Source: Saccostrea cucullata (taxonomy: Eukaryota). From it: 64,000 bases of DNA. Below the pieces are notes generated by a model that did no database searches, was not told where the DNA came from, and was given only the letters and a program-made list of their open reading frames with translations. How positions within the stretch are numbered: the stretch's first letter is position 1; each line of letters begins with the position of its first letter. Where the stretch lies: positions 124,001 through 188,000 of the forward strand of contig NW_026931262.1 of the NCBI RefSeq assembly GCF_032062105.1. Direction: 5' to 3'. A program made the translations under genes and the position numbers. This document shows positions 27,401-36,392 of this stretch, piece after piece.

Positions 27401-29008
27401 TTGAAGTGAGCTGCCTGATAGAATTATCTCGTAACTTTAATATTAACCAGGTCCGGTACAATCACCAGATTTAGCTACGTAGCTTGATTTACCTACTTAG
27501 ATTTATTTACCTATCTGAGGTAGCTTTATTTAGCTACCAAATCAATTTATTTCTGTAAAAAAGCACTTTCTTAGGATGTGCAGAAAATCTCATTTTGATG
27601 CAGTGATCATTTTCAACTTTGAACTCATCTGAAAACAATTCATGAAATAATCACTCTTGAAGAAATGTCTTTTTCTGCACAATTGCAATCAAATTTCCAA
27701 AAGTTTTGGGGCTATGTAAGACAATTAAAACAGTTACTCCTTGAATGAAATGAAAAGAAATTCAGTTCTGGTTAACTGATGTGAAGTTATCATACTCAGT
27801 CATGCCTCACCGCACACAAGAGAGGGGACAGTTAGCCATACAACAGAATTACCGGTACATGTTTTTCTCTAAATTGTCCAAACACAGCACTGTATAAACT
27901 ATCTCTGCTTTGGATTATTTTTTTTACACCTCCCTATTTTAATTATTAATAGTCACTGACTTTCGATTTTTTGTCTCTTTTTAATAACACAGAAAAATTT
28001 AGAAAAATTGCATTGAAATAGCTAAATAAAGTTACCTGGGGTAGGTAAATAAAGCTACGTAGATAATTCTAGTATTCTACCTATGTAGCTAAATCTAGTG
28101 ATTGTAATGGACCTGTTAACACCGTAGAACAAATTCGGGAAAAAAAAATAATGAAATCTTGACCTCATACATCAAATAATGAAATGTATATCACCCTGAA
28201 TCTTCTTTGCGAAAAAGGAATCTTTCGAAATGGAACTTATCTTCAATAGTATAACGAGAGTAAAATTTTATTTTGTTTACAACAAAGGATAGCTGCAGAT
28301 CTGTAGCTCTCCGAAAAAAATTATTGATAGACCGGAGAGCTACAGTGCCACCCATTGAAAAAACTGTATATTTATTGCGCACAAAAAAGTGCGCTCGATT
28401 CTTGATTAATTTTTCCAAATTCTTACCTCAACTGCAAAAATGGAAGATTTCAAAAAATTACTTTCTCCTGTATCAAGTTCTCTCGTATTTGACATCTGAA
28501 CGAAGCACATTGGACCGAATTATCTTTGAAACCAAAATGGCAGTATAAATAAGAAAAATATTCGATGATTACAATATCAGGGCCAGGAGGACTATTAACA
28601 ACGATTATGAGGAATCTTTTGTTTTTGAAAGAGTCAAAGAATATGTTAGGAACACACGGTTAGTAATATTTTGAGATTACAGCTTTAAAAACATGGAGAA
28701 ATAAATCGAGAACCGAGCGCATTTTTTTGTGCGCAATAAATATACAGTTTTTTCAATGGGTGGCTCTGTAGCTCTCCGGTCTATCAATAATTTTTTTCGG
28801 AGAGCTACAGATCTGCAGCTAAACAAAGGATATCCCATATGTCATGCTGTACTCGCGATTTCATCTGAACTAAGACCGTGTCGTAAAATAAATAGACCCT
28901 TTCTTTGTAGCGCATCAATCCCTGGTCATGAAAAAAGAATAGACATAAAAGACATGCCTTTTGTAGCGTATCCGATCTTTGGGAATCTTTACTTCCTTTC
29001 TTTGACAT
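3438..29008 (-). CDS. PSME3: Proteasome activator complex subunit 3 (PA28gamma/REGgamma), 10 coding exons, ~256 aa
   Basis: Exons with consistent phases: 28958-29008 (MSKKGSKDSQRSDTLQK, GC donor, least certain), 24077-24109, 22850-22912, 21421-21516 (DLNIPCPDPILFTN), 20229-20280 (NLS-like KKRK), 19923-20035 (GTRVMVLPNG), 18882-18950 (KMWIAFLIPKIEDGNNFGVSVQ, activation loop), 18501-18623 (EAASYLDQVSRYFISRAKLISKVAKYPHI), 5473-5559 (DDYRQAVRELDEKEY), 3438-3521 (LHDLVLKNIDKIKKPRSANADSLIY*). Confidence 0.96.
3660..4975 (-). mobile_element. Helitron/Helentron-type non-autonomous element with ~156-bp core repeats
   Basis: Subterminal IR agctcttctggtctctgaccagtagagct next to an A-run, (GACA/GACG)n microsatellite, ~156-bp tandem units, terminal hairpin. 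Same family as 39437-40277. Confidence 0.8.
4311..4690. mobile_element. Crypton-like hairpin element inserted in the 156-bp satellite
   Basis: Inverted repeat 4311-4481. The satellite unit is split at aagtta...ttgaaat. Confidence 0.6.
6321..8144. mobile_element. TA-flanked MITE (CCGTATATCCG TIRs)
   Basis: ta|ccgtatatccggtttttttcgcg ... cgcgaaaaaaaacggatatacgg|ta. Confidence 0.8.
6471..8063 (-). mobile_element. Helitron/Helentron-type element with 147-bp tandem satellite
   Basis: Terminus TTTTTAGCTCACC on the minus strand, (GACGCC)n microsatellite at 7981-8016, cagattcagcatccgaagc recurring every 146-147 bp (6964-7845), agctcacc IR near 6496. Confidence 0.8.
8692..9236. mobile_element. Mutator-like MITE, 9-bp TSD GAGTTCAGG
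   Basis: Exact TSD at 8683-8691 and 9237-9245, ~105-bp imperfect TIRs ending in CAGCTA. Confidence 0.85.
9247..16140 (-). mobile_element. 156-bp-repeat Helitron-type element split into 9247-9450 and 15461-16140 by a ~6-kb insertion
   Basis: The left part has the family terminus. The repeat unit breaks at ggagtagcgtt and resumes at aaggaatttcacc. Confidence 0.65.
9651..11600. mobile_element. Non-autonomous DNA transposon with 8-bp TSD GAAAGTAC and TTTCGGGAC subterminal repeats
   Basis: Exact TSD at 9643-9650 and 11601-11608. Inverted arrays of tttcgggac / gtcccgaaa at the two ends. No ORF. Confidence 0.88.
16368..18545 (-). repeat. Complex minisatellite derived from the PSME3 exon 8 3' end plus splice donor
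   Basis: 55-bp unit CATCTCACGGGCAAAACTCATCTCCAAAGTGGCCAAATACCCACACATA|GTAAGT plus ~33- and 25-bp deletion variants. The first unit is the coding exon itself. Confidence 0.95.
20775..21312. mobile_element. hAT-like MITE
   Basis: TAGGAATGTCA...TGACATCCCTA termini. 8-bp TSD gttaagta/gtttagta. Confidence 0.75.
22001..22209. mobile_element. TA-flanked MITE
   Basis: ta|ctgtaaaccaacttttatt ... aataaaagttggtttacag|ta. Confidence 0.88.
22971..23981. mobile_element. Tc1/mariner-like non-autonomous element
   Basis: TIRs gagggttgtcccaaaaagtcgtagaca and tgtctacaacttttagggacaaccctc, TA flanks. Confidence 0.8.
26245..26458. mobile_element. TA-flanked MITE
   Basis: ta|ctgtagatcactt ... aagtgatttacag|ta. 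Related to 22001-22209. Confidence 0.8.
26625..27038. mobile_element. hAT-like MITE
   Basis: tagtgctggga ... tcccagccctg. 8-bp TSD tatttttc/tattttac. Confidence 0.7.
27448..28115. mobile_element. MITE with CAGGTCC termini
   Basis: TIRs caggtccggtacaatcaccagatttagctac and gtagctaaatctagtgattgtaatggacctg. TTAAC on both flanks. Confidence 0.75.
28290..28821. mobile_element. Mutator-like MITE, 9-bp TSD AACAAAGGA
   Basis: ~110-bp near-perfect TIRs. Exact TSD at 28281-28289 and 28822-28830. Confidence 0.92.
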
Positions 29009-29146
29009 CGCTATAAGATTATGAGGATGTAGCGCCAAATTTCAATGTGGCTTTATTTCTCGGCCTTGAACTTTAAGAGTATGACTATTTATGCTTTTCT
29101 CATGTCTGGAGAGCGTCAGGAAAGGGAGATAAATTGAGCTATTTTA

Positions 29147-29161
29147 CCAATAGGTGGCGCT
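29147..29161 (+). promoter_or_regulatory. CTCF-like motif upstream of the PSME3 start
   Basis: CCAATAGGTGGCGCT resembles the CTCF core CCASYAGRKGGCRS and also contains a CCAAT box. Motif match only. Confidence 0.35.
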
Positions 29162-31601
29162 CGTCTGTTGTCAAGATCAACCAATATTCTTCGCGACCAA
29201 GAAGTTAATGTTGGCGCTATTCTTCAAACTGTGTGGATAAAGAATATTTTAGAAGCGGATACAAACAAAAATTGTAAGTAACATAAAGCATATCATCTTA
29301 TGCGAGCAGTAATTTTAACAATAAGGGTGTCTGATATGATATCAAAGTGGAAATGTGAGGGGATGGAGGTCATTGCAGATGAAGCCTCCTTATTACTTTT
29401 TTTGGAGGGTGGAAGGTGGGGTGGGGGGTCCAACACATTTCGTTAATGACTTATTTCTATCTGGATTTGTTTTGGTAAAAAATATTTCCTATCTTGTGTA
29501 GATCTTTAAAGCTGGAATTGGTTTTTTAATAGTGTTATACCCTAAAGTTAAGTTATACCCTTCCCTTGATTCCTTTGTTAGAAAGGTCACTGACATTGCA
29601 ACGCAAGACAAACGACTTGTATTTATGTACAAAGGAGTTCTAGCATAATTTATTTGTTTATCGACAAAACAGTTTATCCGTTGACGTTTAATCACTGATC
29701 ACCCCCCCACCCCCGTCTTTTCTCCCTTACCCAATAACATGCAACATCACAAATCAAAACCACAAATTCCATAATTTAATGTAAGTTAATGTCCAGTTTG
29801 TTGACACGTAAACGTATAGACGTGAACTTAAAGTTGCAAAGTTTAAACCATTTTAGAATCGGTTCCTACCTGGAAAAAGGGGAGGTAATATTACTACTTC
29901 CGCCCAAACTTATCGCCGTTAGGTGGCCAAATTCTCGTCTGTTGTCAAGAACAACAGTGTTGTTCGTAACGGCAAAGTTAATGTTGGCGCCATCCTTCAA
30001 TTTTCTTGTATGTAAGTAGACACTTTTATACAATACATAGGACTATGATATTTGACTAGATTTTGATTAGGAGTCGATGTTAAAATGTTTTACAGTTAGG
30101 TACCTAGGGCATCATTGAAAATATCTTTGTTTCCCCTAACCCGACCCTAAATTCTCAAGTTGGGTAGGTAGGTAGGTAAATATTTTTTTTTTCTGATAAC
30201 AACTTTGAAAATACATTCTGAAATTTATAGAATAATACCTTTATCAGAAATGTACCAAAATAAATTATAAACATCATATCATACAGTGTACCAATGCCAA
30301 TAAAGGCAATATTTAAGATAAATAGATTTATAAATAATTATTACTTATTTCAGCTTGTTAGATAGCTCACACCACTGACCAGTGTAAAATCATTGAAATC
30401 AAATAGAGTAAATGTTTCTATTATCAGACACGCGGGGATCTTCGGACAATAAAGTAAATAGCTATGACCGTACATGTAAAAACTTAGCTCCAGTGTCGCA
30501 ATAAATGCTGGCACAAAAGAGATACATGTAATGCTGAGTACTTGTTAGTCAAAGTTTGGAGCCTTTCACCTGGCAGATGATTAAATGTCATTCCAAAATT
30601 CTCAAAAAATTAAAGCAATTTAAAGAAGCAACAAATCTTCAAGAGCCAAATTTTAGAAAAATACAGCATGGCGCAAAGGTTAGAGCGTCTGCTCTAGAGT
30701 CGAGAAGTAAGGAGCTGATCCTTAGGTCTCGGGTTCGAATCCACTGCAGGACATGGAGTCTGGTCCTTCGGATTAAACCGAGGCACCATATTCGAATCCA
30801 TTGCCGGACATGGAGACTGGTAAACTGAGGTTCCATGTCGCAGAAGGTGTTGGCACGAAAAAGATCCCTCACTGCTCAATGGCCCTAAGTGCTAAGTATA
30901 GATGTAAAGGATAGTAGTAAGGGCGGACGTATACCCCCCTTAACAATGGGAGTCTATTGTGTTGGAGAACAATAGAAGAACAATGGGGGAGAACAATGGG
31001 GTGACCCTGACCGAGATCTAGTTAACGATATGACCCTGACCGTATCGGTTACTGAGAATGAGCACGGGTATTTAAATGATGGTGAAATGGGATACAGGAG
31101 CACTTACACGAATGGATGGACACGGGTATTTAATTGTCAAAGTTGGGAGGGAGAGCAAGAGAAGGGCAACAAGTACTCTAAGACTTTGTCATAAAAAAGA
31201 AATGTTGAGATTGCTCGCGCGCACCGCCGCCGCCGCCGGCCGGAACACGTGGACTCCGGGGACCGAAGCTACCGGAAACCGTGGACTCCGGAGACCGTGG
31301 ACTCCGGAACTATTTTAGATGATTATAACATTCCGGGAGAATAAAATATTAAATAACAAAAGCATTTCTGAGGGGAAAAATTATGTGTGCATTTTACAAA
31401 TGCATGCTGTTCTTATAAAGAACGCAGATAGATCTTATATATATTTTTACTAACGCCACCATATTGTGGTGGTGGTGGTGGTGGAGAATATAATGACAAA
31501 AACAAAACACTATGATTTTTTGTAATTTTATTCGGACTTGATTTCCATTTTCAACAATATAAAATAATGCACAAATATCATTACAAAATAAATGTGTTAG
31601 T

Positions 31602-32888
31602 TTATTCATTTTCTTGAAAGAGGTGATTAAACTTGACATGGTGTTTGTCGAGAATACATGATATTGCATCTTCAAGAGGCACGTCATTTTCATTGATAAG
31701 AGAGAGAATTTCCTGACGAATACTCCTGTGCGACGCACTTTTCATGAGGCAGGCAGACGGTTTTAATTGTTCTTTATAATTTTTCAAAAGTAAATCTCTG
31801 TCTTTTCCCAGCATCCGTTTCATGGTCGTTTCCCTGGCTTCTTCCGTTGGAACTCCTTTTTGAACTAATTTGGTAACTTGGTCCTGGAATAAAGGGTCAT
31901 GTTGTTTCCAGACGGTGTTGATCATCATATCAAAGCCGACTGTATCGTCCTCATCATCTGTTTGATCGCTACTGTCCGTGTCTTCCTCTGAGTCTTCCTC
32001 ACAGTTGCAGCCAAGTGCGGTGTGACGACCCAAGTCGTAAGATGTAGCAAACACGAGACCACAATCAAGGCAAAATGGTTGCAAAATGTTGTTCTCACTT
32101 CGTTTGAGTGTAACCTCGCTGAAATCGACAGGAGGCATTTTTTTCAAGAAGATATTGGTTTGTAATCGCTTGGATTCTGGTGTGGTTTGCTTTAAATCTA
32201 CGACAAGGGATCCGTGAGGCGTTTCATCAACGGCTTTGTGATAGGCATCTAGCAATATGTTGGTATGTCCAGGATACATTTGACGAGCGAGGTTAGAGAT
32301 CTGCAGTTTGTCTCGCGGATTCTTAAAGAGAACCAAATATTGGCTGTTCAGGTTCATTGTCCTATTTTCTTTTCCACTGTTGAATAGGTTCTGCAAAATG
32401 CAAACTATGCTCATGTTTCTGTGGTGGGCACCCTCCACGAATATTTCACATACATCTTTATTTGTAGTAGAATCTTTCATGAGATCGTCGATGATTAAAA
32501 GTGTGTTTTCGTCGGGGTTCTGAAAGTCGTCGCTGTCAAGGTCAGCCGGTAGTCCTTGGATGAACTCAAGGATAGGTATTTGTCTTTTGAGGTCCTCATA
32601 CAAGGGCTGCCATCTTTTATACAGCCAAATGATTCGGTCAGGAGACGGTGAGATGAAATTTGGTCTTTGAAGTAAAAGTTCTTTCATCCATGTTGATTTT
32701 CCCGACATAGTAGGACCCGCAATGACCATGGTAAACGGATGCTGAAATTTAAATTGGTTGTGACCGCCATCGAAATGAATGCCTCGACGATATGGATGTT
32801 GCCCTGCATGAGCGGTTCTCTCGTGTCTTCTTAAGGCATCTGTGCGTGAAAAAATTTTATGACATATGTTGCAAGGTGTGGACGACAT
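31602..32888 (-). CDS. Polinton-type DNA-packaging ATPase (A32/FtsK-HerA superfamily) with N-terminal C2H2 finger and C-terminal finger/acidic/helical extension
   Basis: Walker A GPTMSGKS, Walker B LLIIDD, motifs HHRN, LQNLF, RTMNLNSQYLVLFKNPRD. Fingers CNICHKIFSRTDALRRHERTAH and CLDCGLVFATSYDLGRHTALGC. The stop codon overlaps AATAAA. Confidence 0.92.
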   Translation of the reverse strand: MSSTPCNICHKIFSRTDALRRHERTAHAGQHPYRRGIHFDGGHNQFKFQHPFTMVIAGPTMSGKSTWMKELLLQRPNFISPSPDRIIWLYKRWQPLYEDLKRQIPILEFIQGLPADLDSDDFQNPDENTLLIIDDLMKDSTTNKDVCEIFVEGAHHRNMSIVCILQNLFNSGKENRTMNLNSQYLVLFKNPRDKLQISNLARQMYPGHTNILLDAYHKAVDETPHGSLVVDLKQTTPESKRLQTNIFLKKMPPVDFSEVTLKRSENNILQPFCLDCGLVFATSYDLGRHTALGCNCEEDSEEDTDSSDQTDDEDDTVGFDMMINTVWKQHDPLFQDQVTKLVQKGVPTEEARETTMKRMLGKDRDLLLKNYKEQLKPSACLMKSASHRSIRQEILSLINENDVPLEDAISCILDKHHVKFNHLFQENE

Positions 32889-32939
32889 GGTGTTCTTCGT
32901 GCAAATGACGGCTTGTCCGATTTACGTCTTACTTAATTA

Positions 32940-33237
32940 TTACATTCGAACCCTCTTTCCAGGTGGCCCGTTACCGTTGTCCTTGATCGTTCTCTTCAGC
33001 GGCATATGTGGTCTTCCTTCTTTGATGGGCTCTTTTAGCACAGAATTTGCTCTCTCTACTGCTGCTTTTGCTGGGGAAAATCGCTGGTACAGCTGTTTAA
33101 AAGTCTTGTCTATTTTGACAGTTTTAACCATTTTGCGACCATGTCTTGGCTTCCTTTGAATGATGTGTACGTCTTTCGTCGCCCAGACTCTAGGGTCTGA
33201 GATATAAGTATTCTTATAGTACTTTTTTTTTATCCAT
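32940..33237 (-). CDS. Small basic Polinton protein (~98 aa once a +1 frameshift in an A9 run is corrected)
   Basis: ATG at 33237. Removing one A gives MDKKKYYKNTYISDPRVW..., in frame with ORF 32940-33131 (SPAKAAVERA, K/R-rich tail). Confidence 0.55.
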
Positions 33238-33296
33238 GATGCGAACTGGTAAACGTCGAAAACACGAATGAAGGACGCGTCTTAACGAATATCCTT

Positions 33297-33736
33297 TTAA
33301 GTTGATGAATACGATTGATTACCTATGGCTGACAATCGAAAAGTCAGAGTAGTATGACCTCCCCGTTCAAAAATGTAGCTGGTTCATTGTCTTTATCTCT
33401 GATTTCTATGTGAATTTTTTCAAACTCTTGAATTCGCAGTGGCACTTGGAATGGTCTCGTGAAGATTTGATTCCTGTTAGGCTCCAAAACAATATGCCTC
33501 AGTAACGGTCTGTACTGTTGGCTCACCACGGACACTGTGTCACAGACGTCGCAGTAGATAAAGAGCTCTTTCTTTGTGGTTTTGGCAATGCCTTTGACAT
33601 AGAATTCGCTTAGTTCTACAGTCCATTGGTCCGTAAACACCAACCATTTTGGTAATATGACCGTAAAATCGTATCGTTGATTGCCTGGGAACATATCTTT
33701 GCTTTCAGAAGATCTGAGAATGTGTGATGTTGCCAT
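33297..33736 (-). CDS. Minimal minor capsid (penton/PX-like, single jelly-roll) protein
   Basis: Motifs SSESKDMFPGN-DFTVILP-WTVELSEF, LFIYCD, PLLRHI, FEKIHIEIRD match the Polinton penton pattern as I recall it. The ORF stops at 33344, but a 1-nt shift restores a TLTFR final strand ending at 33297. Confidence 0.75.
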
Positions 33737-35224
33737 CCTCTGCAGTAATGAAAGGGTTTGCGAGTACAGGGGTATTATATGCTATGTCCCAAGAAAACCC
33801 ACAAATTAAAGCAAGTCTGCGCAATTCGATCCAAAAATTTACGATTTATCATCTAAAATAGTTCCGGAGTCCACGGTCTCCGGTAACTTCGGTCTCCGGA
33901 GTCCACGGTTTCCGGTAGCTTCGGTCTCCGGAGTCCACGTGTTCCGGCCGGCGGCGGTGCGCGCGAGCAATCTCAACATTTCTTTTTTATGACAAAGTCT
34001 TAAAGTACTTGTTGCCCTTCTCTTGCTCTCCCTCCCAACTTTGACAATTAAATACCCGTGTTCATCCATTCGTGCAAGTGCTCCTGTATCCCATTTCACC
34101 ATCATTTAAATACCCGTGCTCATTCTCAGTAACCGATACGGTCAGGGTCATATCGTTAACTAGATCTCGGTCAGGGTCACCCCATTGTTCTCCCCCATTG
34201 TTCTTCTATTGTTCTCCAACACAAAGACTCCCATTGTTAAGGGGGGTATACGTCCGCCCTTACTACTAAGGATGTATTCGCTTTAACAAAAGAATTGACC
34301 TATAGGAGAGAACAATTTCCCGGAAAAAGTGACATTTAAAAATCAATCTTTATTTGTTGTTTTCTACCGTATATATGTCTAAATTTTTTAAATTTGTATT
34401 TTATACCTAAAATTTATTATTTACGACTTTACAATAAACCTCCAAAGTTGATCGAAACACCATTTTGTCCTTTAAAGCGTTGATTTTTGCATGAATTTTG
34501 GCCTTGAAGTCCATCAGGGCAGGCCTGCCCCTAAATAAAATTGTGATATTTTGATAGGTTAGGATGTAAGGAATAATTTAAGATAAGATTTTTTTAGGGG
34601 CACCCCTGCCCTGGGGTCGAGATTCACAAAAAACCTACAAAAAATAAGGAAACCAGATTTTCATCACCTGCTATGAATTTATGCCATTTATTCTAATAGT
34701 CAGACTAGCTCAATTGATATATGCGCTGACTTTTATACCTTGTATACTCTCTTTTTAAAGTCGGGGGTTCGAATCCACCTGGTACAACACTTATAAAGTT
34801 TTAAATTTCGTCTTTCCAAAGACTATTTTTTTATATAGACGTGTATTTTTCCGTCCATTTTCTATCCCTTATGCATGCCCATTCTTGATATAAGAAACAC
34901 TGAAGAGATATCAAATCGTAACAATCCAATGTACAGTGTGTGTTACTCAATACGGATATTCGTGGCAGCATTGAGCTGCAATGAATTTAAATTGTATATA
35001 TTCCTTAGAATTTAATCACATTGATTTTGGCTACATATTTCAGTAAATGCACTCCCTTGGATTTCATTTAGGCCTTGCACACATTAATGACAAGTTTTTA
35101 TTATATCCACGGATAAATAGCCTAGACATAAAGAATAAACTTTCAGAGACAGTAGACATTACCTTTATGCACAAAGAGAAGTAAAGACAAATATCAATTA
35201 TTACATTTGGAGATAACAAACTCA

Positions 35225-35252
35225 GAAAATCAGTCGTCGTAGTCGTTGTCGT

Positions 35253-35316
<64 letters not shown>

Positions 35317-35324
35317 TACAAAGT

Positions 35325-35368
<44 letters not shown>

Positions 35369-36355
35369 AGGGGAGATAATTATGAATTAGAGAAAAATTA
35401 ATGGCATTTTAAAAAAATCTTCTTCTCAAGAACCACTGGGCCAGGAAAGATGAAACTCATATGAAATCATCCTCAGGTTGTGTAGATTCAAGTTTGTTCA
35501 AATCATGACCCCCGGGGCTAGGGTGGGGCCAAAATGGCCGACCAAAGTTTAACATAGGAATATTAGGAAAAAATCTTTAAAAATCTTCTTCTCAAGAACC
35601 ACTGGGCAGGAAAGATGAAACTCATGTGGAATCATTCTCAGATAGTGTAGATTCAAGTTTGTTCTAATCATGACCCCTGGGGCTAGGGTGGGGCCAAATT
35701 GACCGACCAAAGTTTTACATAGGAATATATAGAAAAAAATCTTTAAAAATCTTCTTCTCAAGAACCACTGGGCCAGGAAAGATGAAACCCATGTGGAATC
35801 ATCCTCAGGTAGTGTAGATTCAAGTTTGCTCAAATCATGACCCCTGGGGCTAGGGTGGGGCCAAATTGGCCGACCAAAGTTTTACATAGGAATATATAGA
35901 AAAAAATCTTTAAAAATCTTCTTCTCAAGAACCACTGGGCCAGGAAAGATGAAACCCATGTGGAATCATCCTCAGGTAGTGTAGATTCAAGTTTGCTCAA
36001 ATCATGACCCCTGGGGCTAGGGTGGGGCCAAATTGGCCGACCAAAGTTTTACATAGGAATATATAGAAAAAATCTTTAAAAATCTTCTTCTCAAGAACCA
36101 CTGGGCCAGGAAAGATGAAACCCATGTGGAATCATCCTCAGGTAGTGTAGATTCAAGTTTGTTCAAATCATGACCCCTGGGGCTAGCGTGGGGCCAAAAT
36201 GGCCGACCAAAATTTTACATAGGGATATATTGGGAAACCTTTTAAAATCTTCTTTTCAAGTACTTCAAAGCCATGATTAGTGATATATTTCTATTTAAAT
36301 GGAATCATCCTCAGGTAGTGTAGATTCTAATTTTTTTCAAATCATGACCCCTTGG
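35225..36355 (+). repeat. ~166-167-bp satellite array in a truncated Helitron-type element
   Basis: aaaatcttcttctcaagaaccactggg recurs at ~35413, 35580, 35746, 35913, 36079. (GTC)n at the head. Confidence 0.85.
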
Positions 36356-36392
36356 GGGGTTAAAATTCAAGCCCCCCCCCCCCCCCACTAAC

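Larger units (their letters stand above)
30913..34267 (-). mobile_element. Miniature non-autonomous Polinton/Maverick (adintovirus-like) element, 3355 bp
   Basis: Termini AGTAGTAAGGGCGG...CCGCCCTTACTACT. TIRs ~30913-31323 and ~33844-34267. Exact 6-bp TSD AAGGAT (30907-30912, 34268-34273). Polinton-type ATPase and penton-like ORFs inside. Confidence 0.93.
30665..34346 (+). mobile_element. tRNA-derived SINE (Meta-domain-like), split by the mini-Polinton
   Basis: A box TGGCGCAAAGG, B box GGTTCGAATCC, core ggttccatgtcgcagaaggtgttggcacgaaaaagatccctcactgct. Probable tail at 34274-34346. Confidence 0.7.

Noticed and set aside
30666-30745. Possible tRNA genes (also ~12200-12270, ~34705-34785, 45460-45540)
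   Set aside because: A/B boxes are present but there is no convincing cloverleaf. They are SINE- or transposon-embedded tRNA-derived sequence.
31076-31318. Mirror ORFs MMVKWDTG... at 31076-31318 (+) and 33839-34105 (-)
   Set aside because: They lie within the two TIRs, so the duplication is explained by the TIRs. No recognisable protein motif.
32308-33159. Plus-strand ORFs in the mini-Polinton
   Set aside because: Antisense shadows of the minus-strand genes.
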